Shown: positions 40,303 to 50,969 of the stretch, piece by piece | How positions within the stretch are numbered: the first letter of the stretch is position 1 | How the letters are laid out: every line of letters begins with the position of its first letter | Assembly: GCA_963816185.1 (NCBI GenBank) | Contig: CAWFJJ010000028.1 | Location: 384,001 to 448,000, forward strand | Reading direction: 5' to 3' | Length of the DNA: 64,000 bases | Source of the DNA: Thermoanaerobaculia bacterium | GTDB lineage: Bacteria; Acidobacteriota; Thermoanaerobaculia; UBA5066 | Made by a program: the position numbers and the translations under genes | Notes under the pieces: generated by a model | The model's database searches: none | What the model was told of the DNA's origin: nothing | What the model saw: the letters and a program-made list of their open reading frames with translations, nothing else

Positions 40303-41948
40303 GGCCTTCTTTTCCCTTCACGAACGCCCCGATCATCGACGGTCAGGACGTGAAGACGGGCACGACCTTCGAGGCCGTGAACCCCGCCACGGCCGAGCCG
40401 TTCGCGGAGGTGGTCCGGGCCGGCCCGCGCGAGATCGACATGGCCGTCGGATCGGCGCGGAAGGCATTTCTCTCATGGTCGAAGACACCCGTGGCCGACC
40501 GGCAGCGGTATCTGGCGCGCCTTCTCGAGGAGGTTCGCCGCGCGCACGAGGACGTGGCCCGCCTCGTCGCGACCGAGCAGGGCAAGCCCGTTGGCGAGGC
40601 GCGCGCCGTGGACGTCGTCCCCGCCGCCGACACTCTTCGCTATCTGTCGCGCCATGCGGGCGAGCTTCTGGCCGAGCAGCCGATCGACTACGCCCAGATC
40701 CTCTTCGCCCACAAGAAGGGCCGTTTTCGCTTCGAGCCTCTCGGCGTGATCGCCGTCGTGACGCCCTGGAATTTTCCGTTCGGCATTCCGTTCGTCGAGA
40801 TCGCGGCCTGTCTCGCGGCGGGCAACACCGTCGTGCTGAAGCCCGCGTCGGCCACGGCGCTCACGGGCCTCGCCGTCGGAGACCTCTGTCGCCGCGCGGG
40901 CCTGCCCCCCGGCGTCGTGAACGTCGTGACGGCCGGCGGCGCGGACACGAACGCCCTCGTCGAGCACACGGGCATCGCGAAGGTCCTCTTCACGGGTTCG
41001 GTCCGGACGGGCATCGAGGTGATGGAACGCGCGGCCAGGAACCTCACGGGCGTCGTCCTCGAGCTCGGCGGCAAGGACGCGGCGGTCGTCGCCGCCGACG
41101 CGGATCTCGACCGGACGGCCGCGGGTCTCGTCTGGGGGGCGTTCGCGAACGCCGGCCAGACCTGCGGCTCCGTCGAGCGCGTGTACGTCGTCAAGGACGT
41201 GGCCGCGGAGCTCATTTCGAAGATCGTCGCGCGGACGAAAGCTCTTCGCCTCGGCAATCCGCTCTCGACGACGACGGACATGGGCCCTCTCACGACTTCC
41301 GGCCAGCGCGACCTCGTCGAGGCGCACCTCCAGGATGCCGTCTCGCGTGGCGCGAAAGTCCTCGTGGGGGGCGAGCGTCCGAGCGCGAAGGGATGGTGGT
41401 TCCCTCCGACCGTCCTCACGGGCGTCGACCACGCCATGCGCACGATGTGCGACGAGACGTTCGGGCCGCTCCTGCCCGTCATGGCGGTGGACTCGCTCGA
41501 CGAGGCGATCCGGCTCGCGAACGACTCCTCGTTCGGACTGACGGCCTCCGGATGGACGCGTTCGCGCCGGACGGCCCGCAAGCTCGGGGAGGAGCTGCAG
41601 GCGGGGACGGTCACGATCAACGACCATCTGTTCTCCTTCGGGGAGCCCACCGCGACCTGGGGCGGCGTGAAGAAGTCCGGCGTGGGCAGGAGCCACGGGG
41701 GCTTCGGCCTCCTCGAGCTCGTGAACATCAAGCACGTGAGCGTGGACTTCGCGGGCACTCCGGCGATGCCGTGGTGGTACCCGTACGACGCCGCCTTCCA
41801 TGCGTTCACGAAGAGCGCCTTCGGAACTCTCTACTCGAACGATCCGCTCACGAAGGTGCCCGGCGCGCTCGGGCTCCTGGGCAGCGGACGGTTCTTCGGA
41901 TACGTGAAGGTCTCGGCTCTCGCGTCACGGCTGGGGAAGGTGTTCTGA
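40299..41948 (+). CDS. Aldehyde dehydrogenase family protein
   Basis: TPWNFP, FTGS, ELGGKD, GQTCGS, ETFGP; TTG overlaps the SDR stop. Confidence 0.93.
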   Translation: MRPSFPFTNAPIIDGQDVKTGTTFEAVNPATAEPFAEVVRAGPREIDMAVGSARKAFLSWSKTPVADRQRYLARLLEEVRRAHEDVARLVATEQGKPVGEARAVDVVPAADTLRYLSRHAGELLAEQPIDYAQILFAHKKGRFRFEPLGVIAVVTPWNFPFGIPFVEIAACLAAGNTVVLKPASATALTGLAVGDLCRRAGLPPGVVNVVTAGGADTNALVEHTGIAKVLFTGSVRTGIEVMERAARNLTGVVLELGGKDAAVVAADADLDRTAAGLVWGAFANAGQTCGSVERVYVVKDVAAELISKIVARTKALRLGNPLSTTTDMGPLTTSGQRDLVEAHLQDAVSRGAKVLVGGERPSAKGWWFPPTVLTGVDHAMRTMCDETFGPLLPVMAVDSLDEAIRLANDSSFGLTASGWTRSRRTARKLGEELQAGTVTINDHLFSFGEPTATWGGVKKSGVGRSHGGFGLLELVNIKHVSVDFAGTPAMPWWYPYDAAFHAFTKSAFGTLYSNDPLTKVPGALGLLGSGRFFGYVKVSALASRLGKVF

Positions 41949-41971
41949 GCGGCGGAAAGTAGAATCGCCGC

Positions 41972-42610
41972 GTGAGCGAGATCCGCTATCGGGAGGCGAG
42001 GTCCGCGGACGAGATTCTGAGAGAGTCGGAGAGCTTCTTTGCTGGAAAAGGGGCGGTCCACGTAACGCTCCGCTCTCTGGTCGATCGCCTCGCGGAAGAG
42101 TCGATTCCGTACGCCATCGTCGGCGGGATGGCCTTGAACCTCTTCGGGTTCGCTCGCCAGACGGTCGACGTCGACGTCCTCCTGACAAAAGAGGGGCTCG
42201 AAAAGTTCCGCGAGCGATTCGTCGGACGAAGCTATGTGCCCGCTTTTCCGGCCGCCGCCAAGGCGTTCCGGGACGTCGACACTCGCGTTCGGATCGATTT
42301 CCTGACGACCGGCGAATACCCCGGTGACGGGAAACCCAAACCTGTCGCGTTCCCGGATCCCTCTCTCTCGGCCATCGACCGCGGCCCATACCGGGTCATC
42401 ACCCTCGAGAAGCTGATCGATCTCAAGCTGGCCTCGGGACTCTCCGCTCCGCATCGGATGGGGGATCTCGTCGATGTGCAGCGCCTCGTCGAGGAGCTTC
42501 ACCTGCCCCTCGACCTGGACGCGAGGCTTGATCCGAGCGTCCGCGCCGAGTACCGCCGTCTCTGGGAGCTCGCGCAGCACGCCGGCGACGGGCCGCAGGA
42601 ACGAGGCTGA
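41972..42610 (+). CDS. Nucleotidyltransferase-fold hypothetical protein
   Basis: YAIVGGMA..R.TVDVDVL (GG..DxD), LIDLKLASG..DLVDV. Confidence 0.75.
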   Translation: MSEIRYREARSADEILRESESFFAGKGAVHVTLRSLVDRLAEESIPYAIVGGMALNLFGFARQTVDVDVLLTKEGLEKFRERFVGRSYVPAFPAAAKAFRDVDTRVRIDFLTTGEYPGDGKPKPVAFPDPSLSAIDRGPYRVITLEKLIDLKLASGLSAPHRMGDLVDVQRLVEELHLPLDLDARLDPSVRAEYRRLWELAQHAGDGPQERG

Positions 42611-42657
42611 TGGTCCGCCGGCAAGAAACGGCGCCCGCCGGACGTTAGACTTTGTCC

Positions 42658-44499
42658 GTGGCCGCCCCGGACCTCTCCCTCTATCCAGACCAGCCCGGCA
42701 TCTACCTCTACAAGGACGCGAAAGGGAAGATCCTCTACGTCGGAAAAGCGAGATCCATCCGCAAGAGGCTCGCGTCGTACTTCAACGCCGGCCCGAAGCA
42801 CGTGCGCACCGAGGCGATGCTCGCCGAGTTCGTCTCGATCGACACGGTCGTCGCCAAGACCGAGAGCGAGGCGCTCGCCCTCGAGAACGCGTTCATCAAG
42901 AAGCACAAGCCGCGCTACAACATCCTGCTCCGCGACGACAAGACGTACCCCTACATCAAGGTCACGACGGGGGAGGACTGGCCGCGCGCGTTCGTGACAC
43001 GGCGGGTCCTGAAAGACGGCCACAGCTACTTCGGGCCATTCCTCCCGGCGCGCACGTGCCGCGGCGCGATGAAGATGGTCCAGCGGATGTTCCAGATCCG
43101 CACGTGCCGCATCGAGATCGACGGGACGCTGCCGCGCCCATGTCTCTATTACGACATGCACGCCTGCCTCGGCCCGTGCGTCTCCGGCCTCACGACGAAG
43201 AGCGCGTACGACGACGCCGTGAAAGACGTGCTTCTCTTCCTCTCCGGGCGGAACGAGGAGCTCAAGCCGCGGTTGGAGATGAAGATGCGTACCGCCGCGG
43301 AATCGGAGAGCTTCGAGATGGCCGCGGCATACCGCGATTGCCTGCGGACGGTCGAGGAGCTCGCCGAGAAACAGCGCGTGCAGTCGATGTCGGGCGAGGA
43401 CGTGGACATCTTCGGAGATTTCTTCGATGGAGGAAATCTGGCGATTTCCGTGCTCCTCGTACGCGGAGGCGTGGTCCTCGATTCGCGCGAGTATTACTGG
43501 GAGGGGATCGGCGAGGTGCCTCCCGAGGAGCTCTGGGTTTCGCTCCTTTCGCAGTATTACGACACGATCGCGGACGGCTCTTTCCTGCCCCGCGAGATCC
43601 TCCTGCCGATCGACCTGCCCGAGGACGCCCTCGAGCCGATCGAAACCTGGCTGTCCGAGCGACGGGGCTCGAAGGTCGTCATCAAGACGCCGCGGCGCGG
43701 CGCGGCCTTCGAGCGCGTGCAGATCGCCCGCGACAACGCGCGCCAGAATCACCTGCGGCGCTTCCGCCGGGTGCGCGAGCGCGGGGAGAAGGCGACGCTC
43801 GCCCTCGCGAAGGCGCTCGACCTGGATCGCCGTCCGTCCCGGATCGAATGCTTCGACATCTCACACCTCTCGGGGAGCGAGACGTACGCGTCCTGCGTCG
43901 TCTTCGTGGACGGCGAGCCCGCGAAGGACGAGTACCGCCTGTTCCGCATCGAGCGGCCGGGCGTCGACGACTTCGCATCGATCGCCGAGGCCGTCTCGCG
44001 CCGCTACGCGCACGCGAGAGACGAGGCGAGACCGCTGCCCGACCTTCTCCTGATCGACGGGGGAAAGGGCCAGCTCTCGGCGGCTCTTGGGGCGCTCGAC
44101 CGGATCGGAATCGACCTGGCAGCGGCCTCTCTCGCGAAGCGGGAAGAGCAGGTGTTCGTGCCGGGCCGCTCCGCGCCGATCGTGCTCCCGCGGACGAACG
44201 CCGGCCTCAAGCTGCTCCAGCGTGCTCGTGACGAGGCGCATCGCTTCGGTCTGAAGACGCATCGCCGGGCCCGCGGCAAGCATGCCCTCGAGAGTCCTCT
44301 TCTCGCGATCAGCGGCCTCGGACCTGCCCGCGTAAAGATTCTTCTCGCCGCCTTCGGAGGCTCCGAGGCGGTCCTCGCGGCCAGCGACGAGGCGCTCGCG
44401 GCGGTCGCCGGCAAGGCCGTCGCTGCCCGGATCAGGCGATTTCGCGAGCAGCACGTCGCCGAAAGATCCGCTGGCGCTGCTACACTTTCCGAGGAATGA
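42658..44499 (+). CDS. uvrC: Excinuclease ABC subunit C
   Basis: PGIYLY..YVGKA, ECFDISH, LIDGGKGQL, RDEAHRF, HhH. Confidence 0.97.
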   Translation: MAAPDLSLYPDQPGIYLYKDAKGKILYVGKARSIRKRLASYFNAGPKHVRTEAMLAEFVSIDTVVAKTESEALALENAFIKKHKPRYNILLRDDKTYPYIKVTTGEDWPRAFVTRRVLKDGHSYFGPFLPARTCRGAMKMVQRMFQIRTCRIEIDGTLPRPCLYYDMHACLGPCVSGLTTKSAYDDAVKDVLLFLSGRNEELKPRLEMKMRTAAESESFEMAAAYRDCLRTVEELAEKQRVQSMSGEDVDIFGDFFDGGNLAISVLLVRGGVVLDSREYYWEGIGEVPPEELWVSLLSQYYDTIADGSFLPREILLPIDLPEDALEPIETWLSERRGSKVVIKTPRRGAAFERVQIARDNARQNHLRRFRRVRERGEKATLALAKALDLDRRPSRIECFDISHLSGSETYASCVVFVDGEPAKDEYRLFRIERPGVDDFASIAEAVSRRYAHARDEARPLPDLLLIDGGKGQLSAALGALDRIGIDLAAASLAKREEQVFVPGRSAPIVLPRTNAGLKLLQRARDEAHRFGLKTHRRARGKHALESPLLAISGLGPARVKILLAAFGGSEAVLAASDEALAAVAGKAVAARIRRFREQHVAERSAGAATLSEE

Positions 44500-46007
44500 C
44501 GCCCTCCAGCAGCGACAGCCGCATCCGGATGCTGACCGGCGGATCCCTCGACCGAATCCCGTTCGCCGAGGTGGTCCGAAGCCTCTATCGGGAGCGCACG
44601 ACGGCGAAACTGCTCGTGTCCCGGAGCGGCGAGGAGCGGACATTCTCGTTCGATCGGGGCCAGATTCTCTTCGCGAGCTCGAATCGCGAGGCGCAGCTCG
44701 TCGGCGAGCTTCTTCGAACGTTCGGCCTTGCCGACGAGAACCTCCTCCTGTCCGCCTTCGAGAGAGCGCTGAACGAGCCTGGCCAGGGCCTCGCCCGGGC
44801 GCTCACCGAGTCGGGAGCCGTCCCCGGTTACATCGCGGAGGCCGCCGTCCGGGCCCTCTCGGAGCGCCTCTTCTTCGACACGCTCAAGTGGACGAGCGGG
44901 GTCTTCACGGTAACGCCCGTCGACACGGCGCCCGACGTGCCCGCAAAGATGGAGCGCCCGACGGGAGGAATGCTTCTCGAGGCTCTCCGCCGCGTGCCGG
45001 CTCCGGCATCCCAGCTCAACTCTCCTCTCGATCCGGGGTCGCGGCCGGTGTTCGCGTCCGATCTCCTCCTTCGCTATCAGGCGATTCTCGTCTCGGCCGA
45101 GGAAGCGGAGGTGCTCGGCAAGGTGGATGGAGCTACGACCGTGGAGCAGATACACCGCGACCAGCGCATCGTCGCGCGCCTCGCCGCCACGGGCCTTTTG
45201 CAGCTCGTGGCTCAGGGAAGGCCCATCGAAAAGAGCGGCGTCAACGAAGGTCTCCTGTTCCTCAACGTCGAGATCGCGGGCGCGCAGCCTCCCGCGCGCG
45301 TCGCCGAGCAGCACGAGCTCCAGCGCGAGCTCGTCTGGAACACCTATCGGCGCCTCGACTGGGCTTCCCACTACGATCTTCTCGGCGTCGAGGCGGGGGA
45401 TCCGGTCGATACGATCGTGAAGGCGCTCCACGAGCGCGCACGCCTCTTCCACCCCGACCATCATCTGAAATCGCATCTTCTGGACGCCCGCGAGGCCCTC
45501 GAGGCGCTGTTCGCGCGCCTCCGAAAAGCCGAGCGCGCCTTTCGGACCCCCGAGACGCGGGCGGCCTACGACCGGACGCTGGAAGTGAGTGCGGACACCA
45601 TCTCGCTTCCGGGCACCCAGCCGACGGCGGAGGTCCAGAAGGAGATCGCCCGCAAGAACTATGCAAGGGCGAAGGCGCTGTACGAGGAGGAGGACTTCTA
45701 CCCGGCGTACGAGATGACGCGCCAGGCCGTCGAGTTCGACCCGGGCCAGAAAGAGTACTGGGTGCTTCTTGCGAGGATTCAGCGCAAGAACCCGAAGTGG
45801 GTGCGGCACGCCACCGAGACGATGCGGCGCGCCGTCAAATACATCCCGGAGAACGTCGAGCTCTGGTGGGAGCTCGCGGAAGCGTGCCTTCACGAACGGA
45901 ACGAGCCCGAGCGCGTGAAAGCCCTGAAAGAGGTGATGCGGCTCGACCCGGCGAATCGCAGGGCACAATCCGCGCTGTCCGAGATCTCGGCCAAGGCGGG
46001 CCGATGA
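44496..46007 (+). CDS. DUF4388-like + DnaJ + TPR protein
   Basis: N-terminal GSL..EVVRSLYRERTTAKL; J domain HYDLLGV..FHPD..RAAYD; C-terminal TPRs. Confidence 0.8.
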   Translation: MTPSSSDSRIRMLTGGSLDRIPFAEVVRSLYRERTTAKLLVSRSGEERTFSFDRGQILFASSNREAQLVGELLRTFGLADENLLLSAFERALNEPGQGLARALTESGAVPGYIAEAAVRALSERLFFDTLKWTSGVFTVTPVDTAPDVPAKMERPTGGMLLEALRRVPAPASQLNSPLDPGSRPVFASDLLLRYQAILVSAEEAEVLGKVDGATTVEQIHRDQRIVARLAATGLLQLVAQGRPIEKSGVNEGLLFLNVEIAGAQPPARVAEQHELQRELVWNTYRRLDWASHYDLLGVEAGDPVDTIVKALHERARLFHPDHHLKSHLLDAREALEALFARLRKAERAFRTPETRAAYDRTLEVSADTISLPGTQPTAEVQKEIARKNYARAKALYEEEDFYPAYEMTRQAVEFDPGQKEYWVLLARIQRKNPKWVRHATETMRRAVKYIPENVELWWELAEACLHERNEPERVKALKEVMRLDPANRRAQSALSEISAKAGR

Positions 46008-46618
46008 CGAACGGGCTTCCCCAGCTCTTCGGGACAGGGCTCGGCCTCTCGGCGGCGGCGGGCCTCAACTCCTATGCCGTCCTTCTCGTGTACGGTGCGA
46101 TGGCGCGTTTTTTTCCCGAGGATTATCCAGGCGCGATCGCCCGCTTGCTTGCCTCGACGCCGGCCCTCGGTGTCGCCGCCGTTCTCTTTCTCATGGAATT
46201 CATTGCCGACAAGATCCCCGGACTCGACCATTTCTGGCATCTCCTGCATTCGTTCGTGAGGCCGGTCGTGGGCGCCCTCGTCGCTCTCGCCGTCGTGCAG
46301 CCCGAAGGTTCGACGGTCCTGAACGTCGCCGCGGCCGGGTCGGGCGGAGCGGTCGCCCTCGTCTCGCATCTCGTGAAGAGCGCCACGCGCCTCACGTCGA
46401 CGGCTCTCACCGCGGGCATCGCGAACGCCGGGCTCTCGCTCGCCGAAGACATTCTCGCCTTCCTGCAGAGCCTCGTCTCGATCTTCCTGCCTCTCGTGGC
46501 GCTCGTCGTCGTCGCCGCGATCGGGCTGATCTTCGTCCTCACGATTCCGCGGATGGCACGCTTCCTCGATTTGTTCGGGAGGCGGCGGCCGCGTCGGGAG
46601 ATCCCCCCGCCCGCCTGA
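46004..46618 (+). CDS. DUF4126-like membrane protein
   Basis: GLSAAAGLNSY, EFIADKIPGLDH, SLAED. Confidence 0.85.
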   Translation: MTNGLPQLFGTGLGLSAAAGLNSYAVLLVYGAMARFFPEDYPGAIARLLASTPALGVAAVLFLMEFIADKIPGLDHFWHLLHSFVRPVVGALVALAVVQPEGSTVLNVAAAGSGGAVALVSHLVKSATRLTSTALTAGIANAGLSLAEDILAFLQSLVSIFLPLVALVVVAAIGLIFVLTIPRMARFLDLFGRRRPRREIPPPA

Positions 46619-46666
46619 CCGTCAGGCCCGGCAGCCTTCGCGCACTTCCCGTTGGAGGAACCCCCG

Positions 46667-49600
46667 ATGACGCCACGTCCGCCGCGCCTGTTCGCCCTCG
46701 TTCTCGTGCTCCTCCTGGGCGCTCCTCGGCTCTCGCTCTTCGCCCGGAGGACCCGGCGACGGTCGTCGGATCGGTGCCACGCGAGGTCGCCGGCGCCCGG
46801 GAGATCGCGCGCCTCGACGGCAGCCTCCGCCTCGATCGCGTCGTTCTCGTTCTGCCGCGGCGCGATCCGGAGGGCCTCGCGCGCCTCCTCGCCGACCAGC
46901 ACGACCCGGCTTCTCCGGATTTTCACCGCTGGCTTTCCCCCGCCGAGTTCGAGCGGCGCTTCGGCGCCTCCGACGAGGACGTCGCCGCCTTGGTCAGCTG
47001 GCTCACGAGTCACGGCCTCGAGGTCGAGGATGCCCCGGCGGGACGCGCGGCGCTCGTGTTCTCGGGCCGCGTGGCCGACATCGAGGGCGCCTTCGACACG
47101 GAGGTGCACGAGGTCTTCGCCGAGGGCAAGGTCCGGATCGCGAACGTGAGGCCGCCGCACCTTCCGCCCGATCTCGCGCGGCGCGTCACGGGCGTGCTTT
47201 CGCTTCACTCGTTTCCGCACCGCCACCCGCTCGCGCAGCGGAAGCCCGCCAACACGTCCGGAGGAGAACACACTCTCGCGCCGGCCGACTTCACGGCGAT
47301 CTACGACGTGGATGCTCTCGCCGCCTCCGGAATCAACGGCGTCGGCCGAACGATCGGCCTCATCGCACAGACGAACGTCAACGTCGCGGACACGACGTTC
47401 TTCCGACAGACCTTCGGCCTGCCGATCAACGACCCCGTCGTCGTCCTGAACGGACCGGACCCCGGAATCACGCCGGACGACGAGACCGAATCCGATCTCG
47501 ACCTCCAGTGGTCCGGGGCGGTCGCTCCGGCGGCGCATACGATTCTCATCGCGACGAAATCGACCGATACGAGCTTCGGCGTCGATCTTTCGGCCCTCTA
47601 CGCCGTCAGCCACGACGTCGCGGATGTGCTCTCGCTTTCGTACGGCGGATGCGAGGCTGACTTCAGCGACACGGACACGGCTTTCTATACGAACGTCTGG
47701 GCGCAGGCGGCGGCGCAGGGAATCTCCGTGATGGTGGCCTCGGGAGACAGCGGCGTCGCGGGCTGCCAGAATTCCACGGACGCGACGGGGACGACGTTCG
47801 GGGTGAACGGGCTGGGCTCGTCGCCTTACGCCACGTGCGTCGGGGGCACGCAGTTTCTCGACACGGACAACCCGTCGAACTACTGGAACCCGACAAACGA
47901 CCCGACGACGAAAAAATCCGTGAAGGGTTACATACCGGAGACGACCTGGAACGAAAGCGGCGCGGTGCCCGGCGGTTCGACGCTGCTGGGGACGGGTGGC
48001 GGCCGGAGCATCCTTTTCGCGCGCCCGCCCTGGCAGAACGTCGCCGGCCTTCCCGCGGACAACGCCCGTTACGTGCCCGACGTCTCCGTCGCCGCCGCCA
48101 CGCACACCGGATACCTCATGGTTCAAGGGCACACGACAGGGTCGAGCGGACTGTTTGCCGTGGCAGGTACGTCGGCTTCGTCCCCCGCCTTCGCCGGCAT
48201 CGCCGCGCTTCTCGCGCAGAGAGCCGGCGGACGGCTCGGAAACCTGAACCCGCTCCTCTATGCGGTCGGTCGGGCGCAGTACGGCCTCGCGAGCGCGTCG
48301 GCCACGACGCCGCTCGCGGCCGGCTCGCCCGCCTTCCACGATGTCACCACCGGCAACAATTCGGTCCCCGGCCTCACGGGGTACGCGGCCGGACCCGGCT
48401 ACGATGCCGCGACCGGCCTTGGCTCCGTCGACGCGGCAGCGCTCACCGCATCGCTTCCGGCTCCCGCACCGGGCACGACCGATTTCACGCTCGGAGCGAA
48501 CCCCGCGGCGCCGACTCTTCCGGCGTGCGGTACGGTCATCGTGAACCTCACGCTCTCCCAGATCGGCGCCGCGGACGGCGACGCGGTGGCCACGGTTACG
48601 ATCGCCGGGCTGCCCGCGGGTGTGGCGGCAGAGTTCCGGCCGGGAAATCCCGCGAAGGTTTTCTCCGTGGGCGTCCTTTCGCGCACACAGCCCGGAACGC
48701 TGACCCTGACCTCCACAGGCTCGACGGTCGCCGGCACCTATCCCCTCGACCTCGCGGCGACGTCCGGATCCGTCGTCCGGCACGTCACCCTTTCTCTCAC
48801 GGTGGTAAGCGGCGGTGCGGCACCGGGCTCATGTGTCGGCGTCCAGGCACCTGTGGTGCTCGACGTCTTCGGCGCGGCTTCGTCGCACTACACGTCGGAC
48901 TTCGTCGCGGTGAACCGCAGCGCGAGCCGACGCGACACTCGTCCTCGTCTACGTTCCCGCGGCCGGCACGCCCGGCGCCGGCGGACCCGCCGTGGCGCGT
49001 ACGCTTCCCGCGGGGCAGCAGCTCTACATTCCGGACGTCATCGCGTTCCTCGCGGCGAACGGCTGGGCGCTGCCTCCGGACGGGTCCGGGAAGCTCGGAA
49101 CGCTCTTTGCCACGTTCGTCGGGGTGAGCGACCCGGCCGCGGTCTTCGCCGGCTCGCGCACGTCCACCCCGAACCTCTCGGCCTCCGTCGGCGGAGCCTT
49201 CGGTACCTTCGCACCGGCGGTTCCGTCGGGCAGCGCGACCTCGTCCGGCGACGCCTGGATCTACGGGTTGCGCGAGAACGCATCCTTCCGCTCGAACCTC
49301 GCGCGTGGTCCACGCTCCCGGCACCGCCTCCGGCATGACCTCCGGCCCCGTCTCAATCGAGATCCAGCTCTACGATGGCGACAGTGGCGCGCCGGCGGGA
49401 GCACCTCTCACGCAGACCCTTCAGCCGGGCGCGTTCTTCCAGTTCAACTCGATCCTCCGGTACACCTCCGAGCTGGCCCAGATGGGAATCACGAACGGCT
49501 ACGCGCGGGTGCGGCGTACGTCCGGCACCGACCGGTTCATCGCCTACGGCGTCGTGAACGACGGCGGCAGCGCGGGCGGAGGCACCTCGGACGGCAGCTT

Positions 49601-50342
49601 CCTCGCGTCGAACGCGACCGAGGGTCTCTTGCCGATCGTGCTCGACGTCCCGGGCCCGCCGCACTTCACGACGGACCTCACGCTCACGAACCCGACGTCC
49701 GCGCCCGTCACGGTCACCCTGACGTATACGGCGTCGTCGGCGTTCTCGGGGCAGGGGAGCGGGACGCGCACGACCACGCTCGCCCCCCGCCAGCAGCTCG
49801 TGCAGGCGAACGCGCTCTCCTACCTGCGCGGGCTCGGACTCGCGATCCCCACGACGGGCGACCAGGGTGGCACGCTGCTCGTCGCCGGCGCGGTCGCGCA
49901 GGCGCGCACGTCGAACCCGAACCCCGACGCGACCGTAGGCGGGTCGTACGGGCTGTCGTATCCGGCCGTTGCGGCGTCCGCACGCGCAAAGGGCGAGGCG
50001 TGGGTTTTCGGCCTACGGCAGGATGCGGACGTCCGCACCAACCTCGCGATCGCGGACGGGCGCGCCGGAAACGGCGCGACGGTCAACTACGTCATCGACG
50101 TCTTCGATGCCGACACCGGCTCCGCGACGCCCGTCCAGGCCCTGATTCGCTCGTTGACGGGCGGAGATTGGACGCAGATCAACGGAATCCTCTCGGGGGC
50201 CGGTATCGCGCACGGATACGTGCGGATTCGACCGGACTCGGGTACGTCGGATTTCGTCGTCTACGGAGTCGTGAACGACGGGCCCTCGGCGGGCTCACGC
50301 ACCTCGGACGGCTCGTACATCCCGATGGTGGTCGTGAATTAG
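46667..50342 (+). CDS. S53 (sedolisin/kumamolisin) peptidase with prodomain and duplicated C-terminal domains; frameshifts near 46750, 48930 and 49300
   Basis: ESDLDLQW, ASGDSG, PDVS, GTSASSP, DVTTGNN, GYDAATGLGS across ORFs 46652, 46774, 48992 and 49305. Confidence 0.85.
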
Positions 50343-50349
50343 GGACAGA

Positions 50350-50453
50350 GAGAATTCGGATTTCTTAGAAAGTGTGAGGAGCCGCCGCGCCTTCTCGAAG
50401 TGAAGGCGCGCCTGCCGATCCCGCGTCCTTCAGCCTTCTAAGAAATCGTTCTC
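50350..50453. repeat. Inverted pair of TTCTWAGAA motifs enclosing a GC hairpin
   Basis: GAGAATTCGGATTTCTTAGAAAG .. GCGCCTTC-TCGAAGT-GAAGGCGC .. CCTTCTAAGAAATCGTTCTC. Confidence 0.8.
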
Positions 50454-50466
50454 TTCGAAACCGCGA

Positions 50467-50472
50467 TAAACT
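50467..50472 (+). promoter_or_regulatory. Putative -10 box of rnpB
   Basis: TAAACT 5 nt before the P1 helix of RNase P RNA. Confidence 0.55.
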
Positions 50473-50477
50473 GCGCA

Positions 50478-50881
50478 TGACTCGGGCCGGACAGGCGGTC
50501 GCCGCTCTCGACGCTTCGGCGGAAGGAGGGGAGGAAAGTCCGGACTCCCGCGGGCAGCGTGCCGGAGAAATTCCGGTCGGGGCAACCCGAAGGAAAGTGG
50601 CACAGAAAACACACCGCCGACGCGCCGCAAGGCGCAGGTAAGGGTGAAAAGGTGCGGTAAGAGCGCACCGCGGTTCCGGCAACGGGACCGGCAGGCGAAA
50701 CCCCACGCGGAGCAAGGCCAAATAGGGTGACGGAAGGGGCGCCCGCCCCCGCGGTTTCGGCCGACGTCACCGGGTCGGTCGCTCGAGCCCGTTCGAAAGA
50801 GCGGGCCTGGAGGAATGACCGCCGGCTGGAAGGCGCGAGCCGACCGGTTACAGAATCCGGCTTATCGTCCGGCCCGAGTCA
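50478..50881 (+). ncRNA. rnpB: RNase P RNA (type A)
   Basis: GAGGAAAGTCCGG, GGTAAGGGTGAAAAGGTGCGGTAAGAGCGCACC, GAGCAAGGCCAAATAG, ACAGAATCCGGCTTA; P1 TGACTCGGGCCGGAC/GTCCGGCCCGAGTCA. Confidence 0.97.
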
Positions 50882-50885
50882 CTCT

Positions 50886-50913
50886 CCGGGGGCTTGGCTT
50901 CGCGCGCCCCCGG
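50886..50913 (+). terminator. Hairpin after rnpB
   Basis: CCGGGGGC..GCCCCCGG stem; no U-tract. Confidence 0.4.
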
Positions 50914-50969
50914 CCCCCCGGCTGCGGCGCACATCGAAGTCATCCGGCTTCGGCTAAACTCCCCGGACC

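Noticed and set aside
50365-50957. Small ORFs over 50365-50957
   Set aside because: They overlap the RNase P RNA gene and are spurious.
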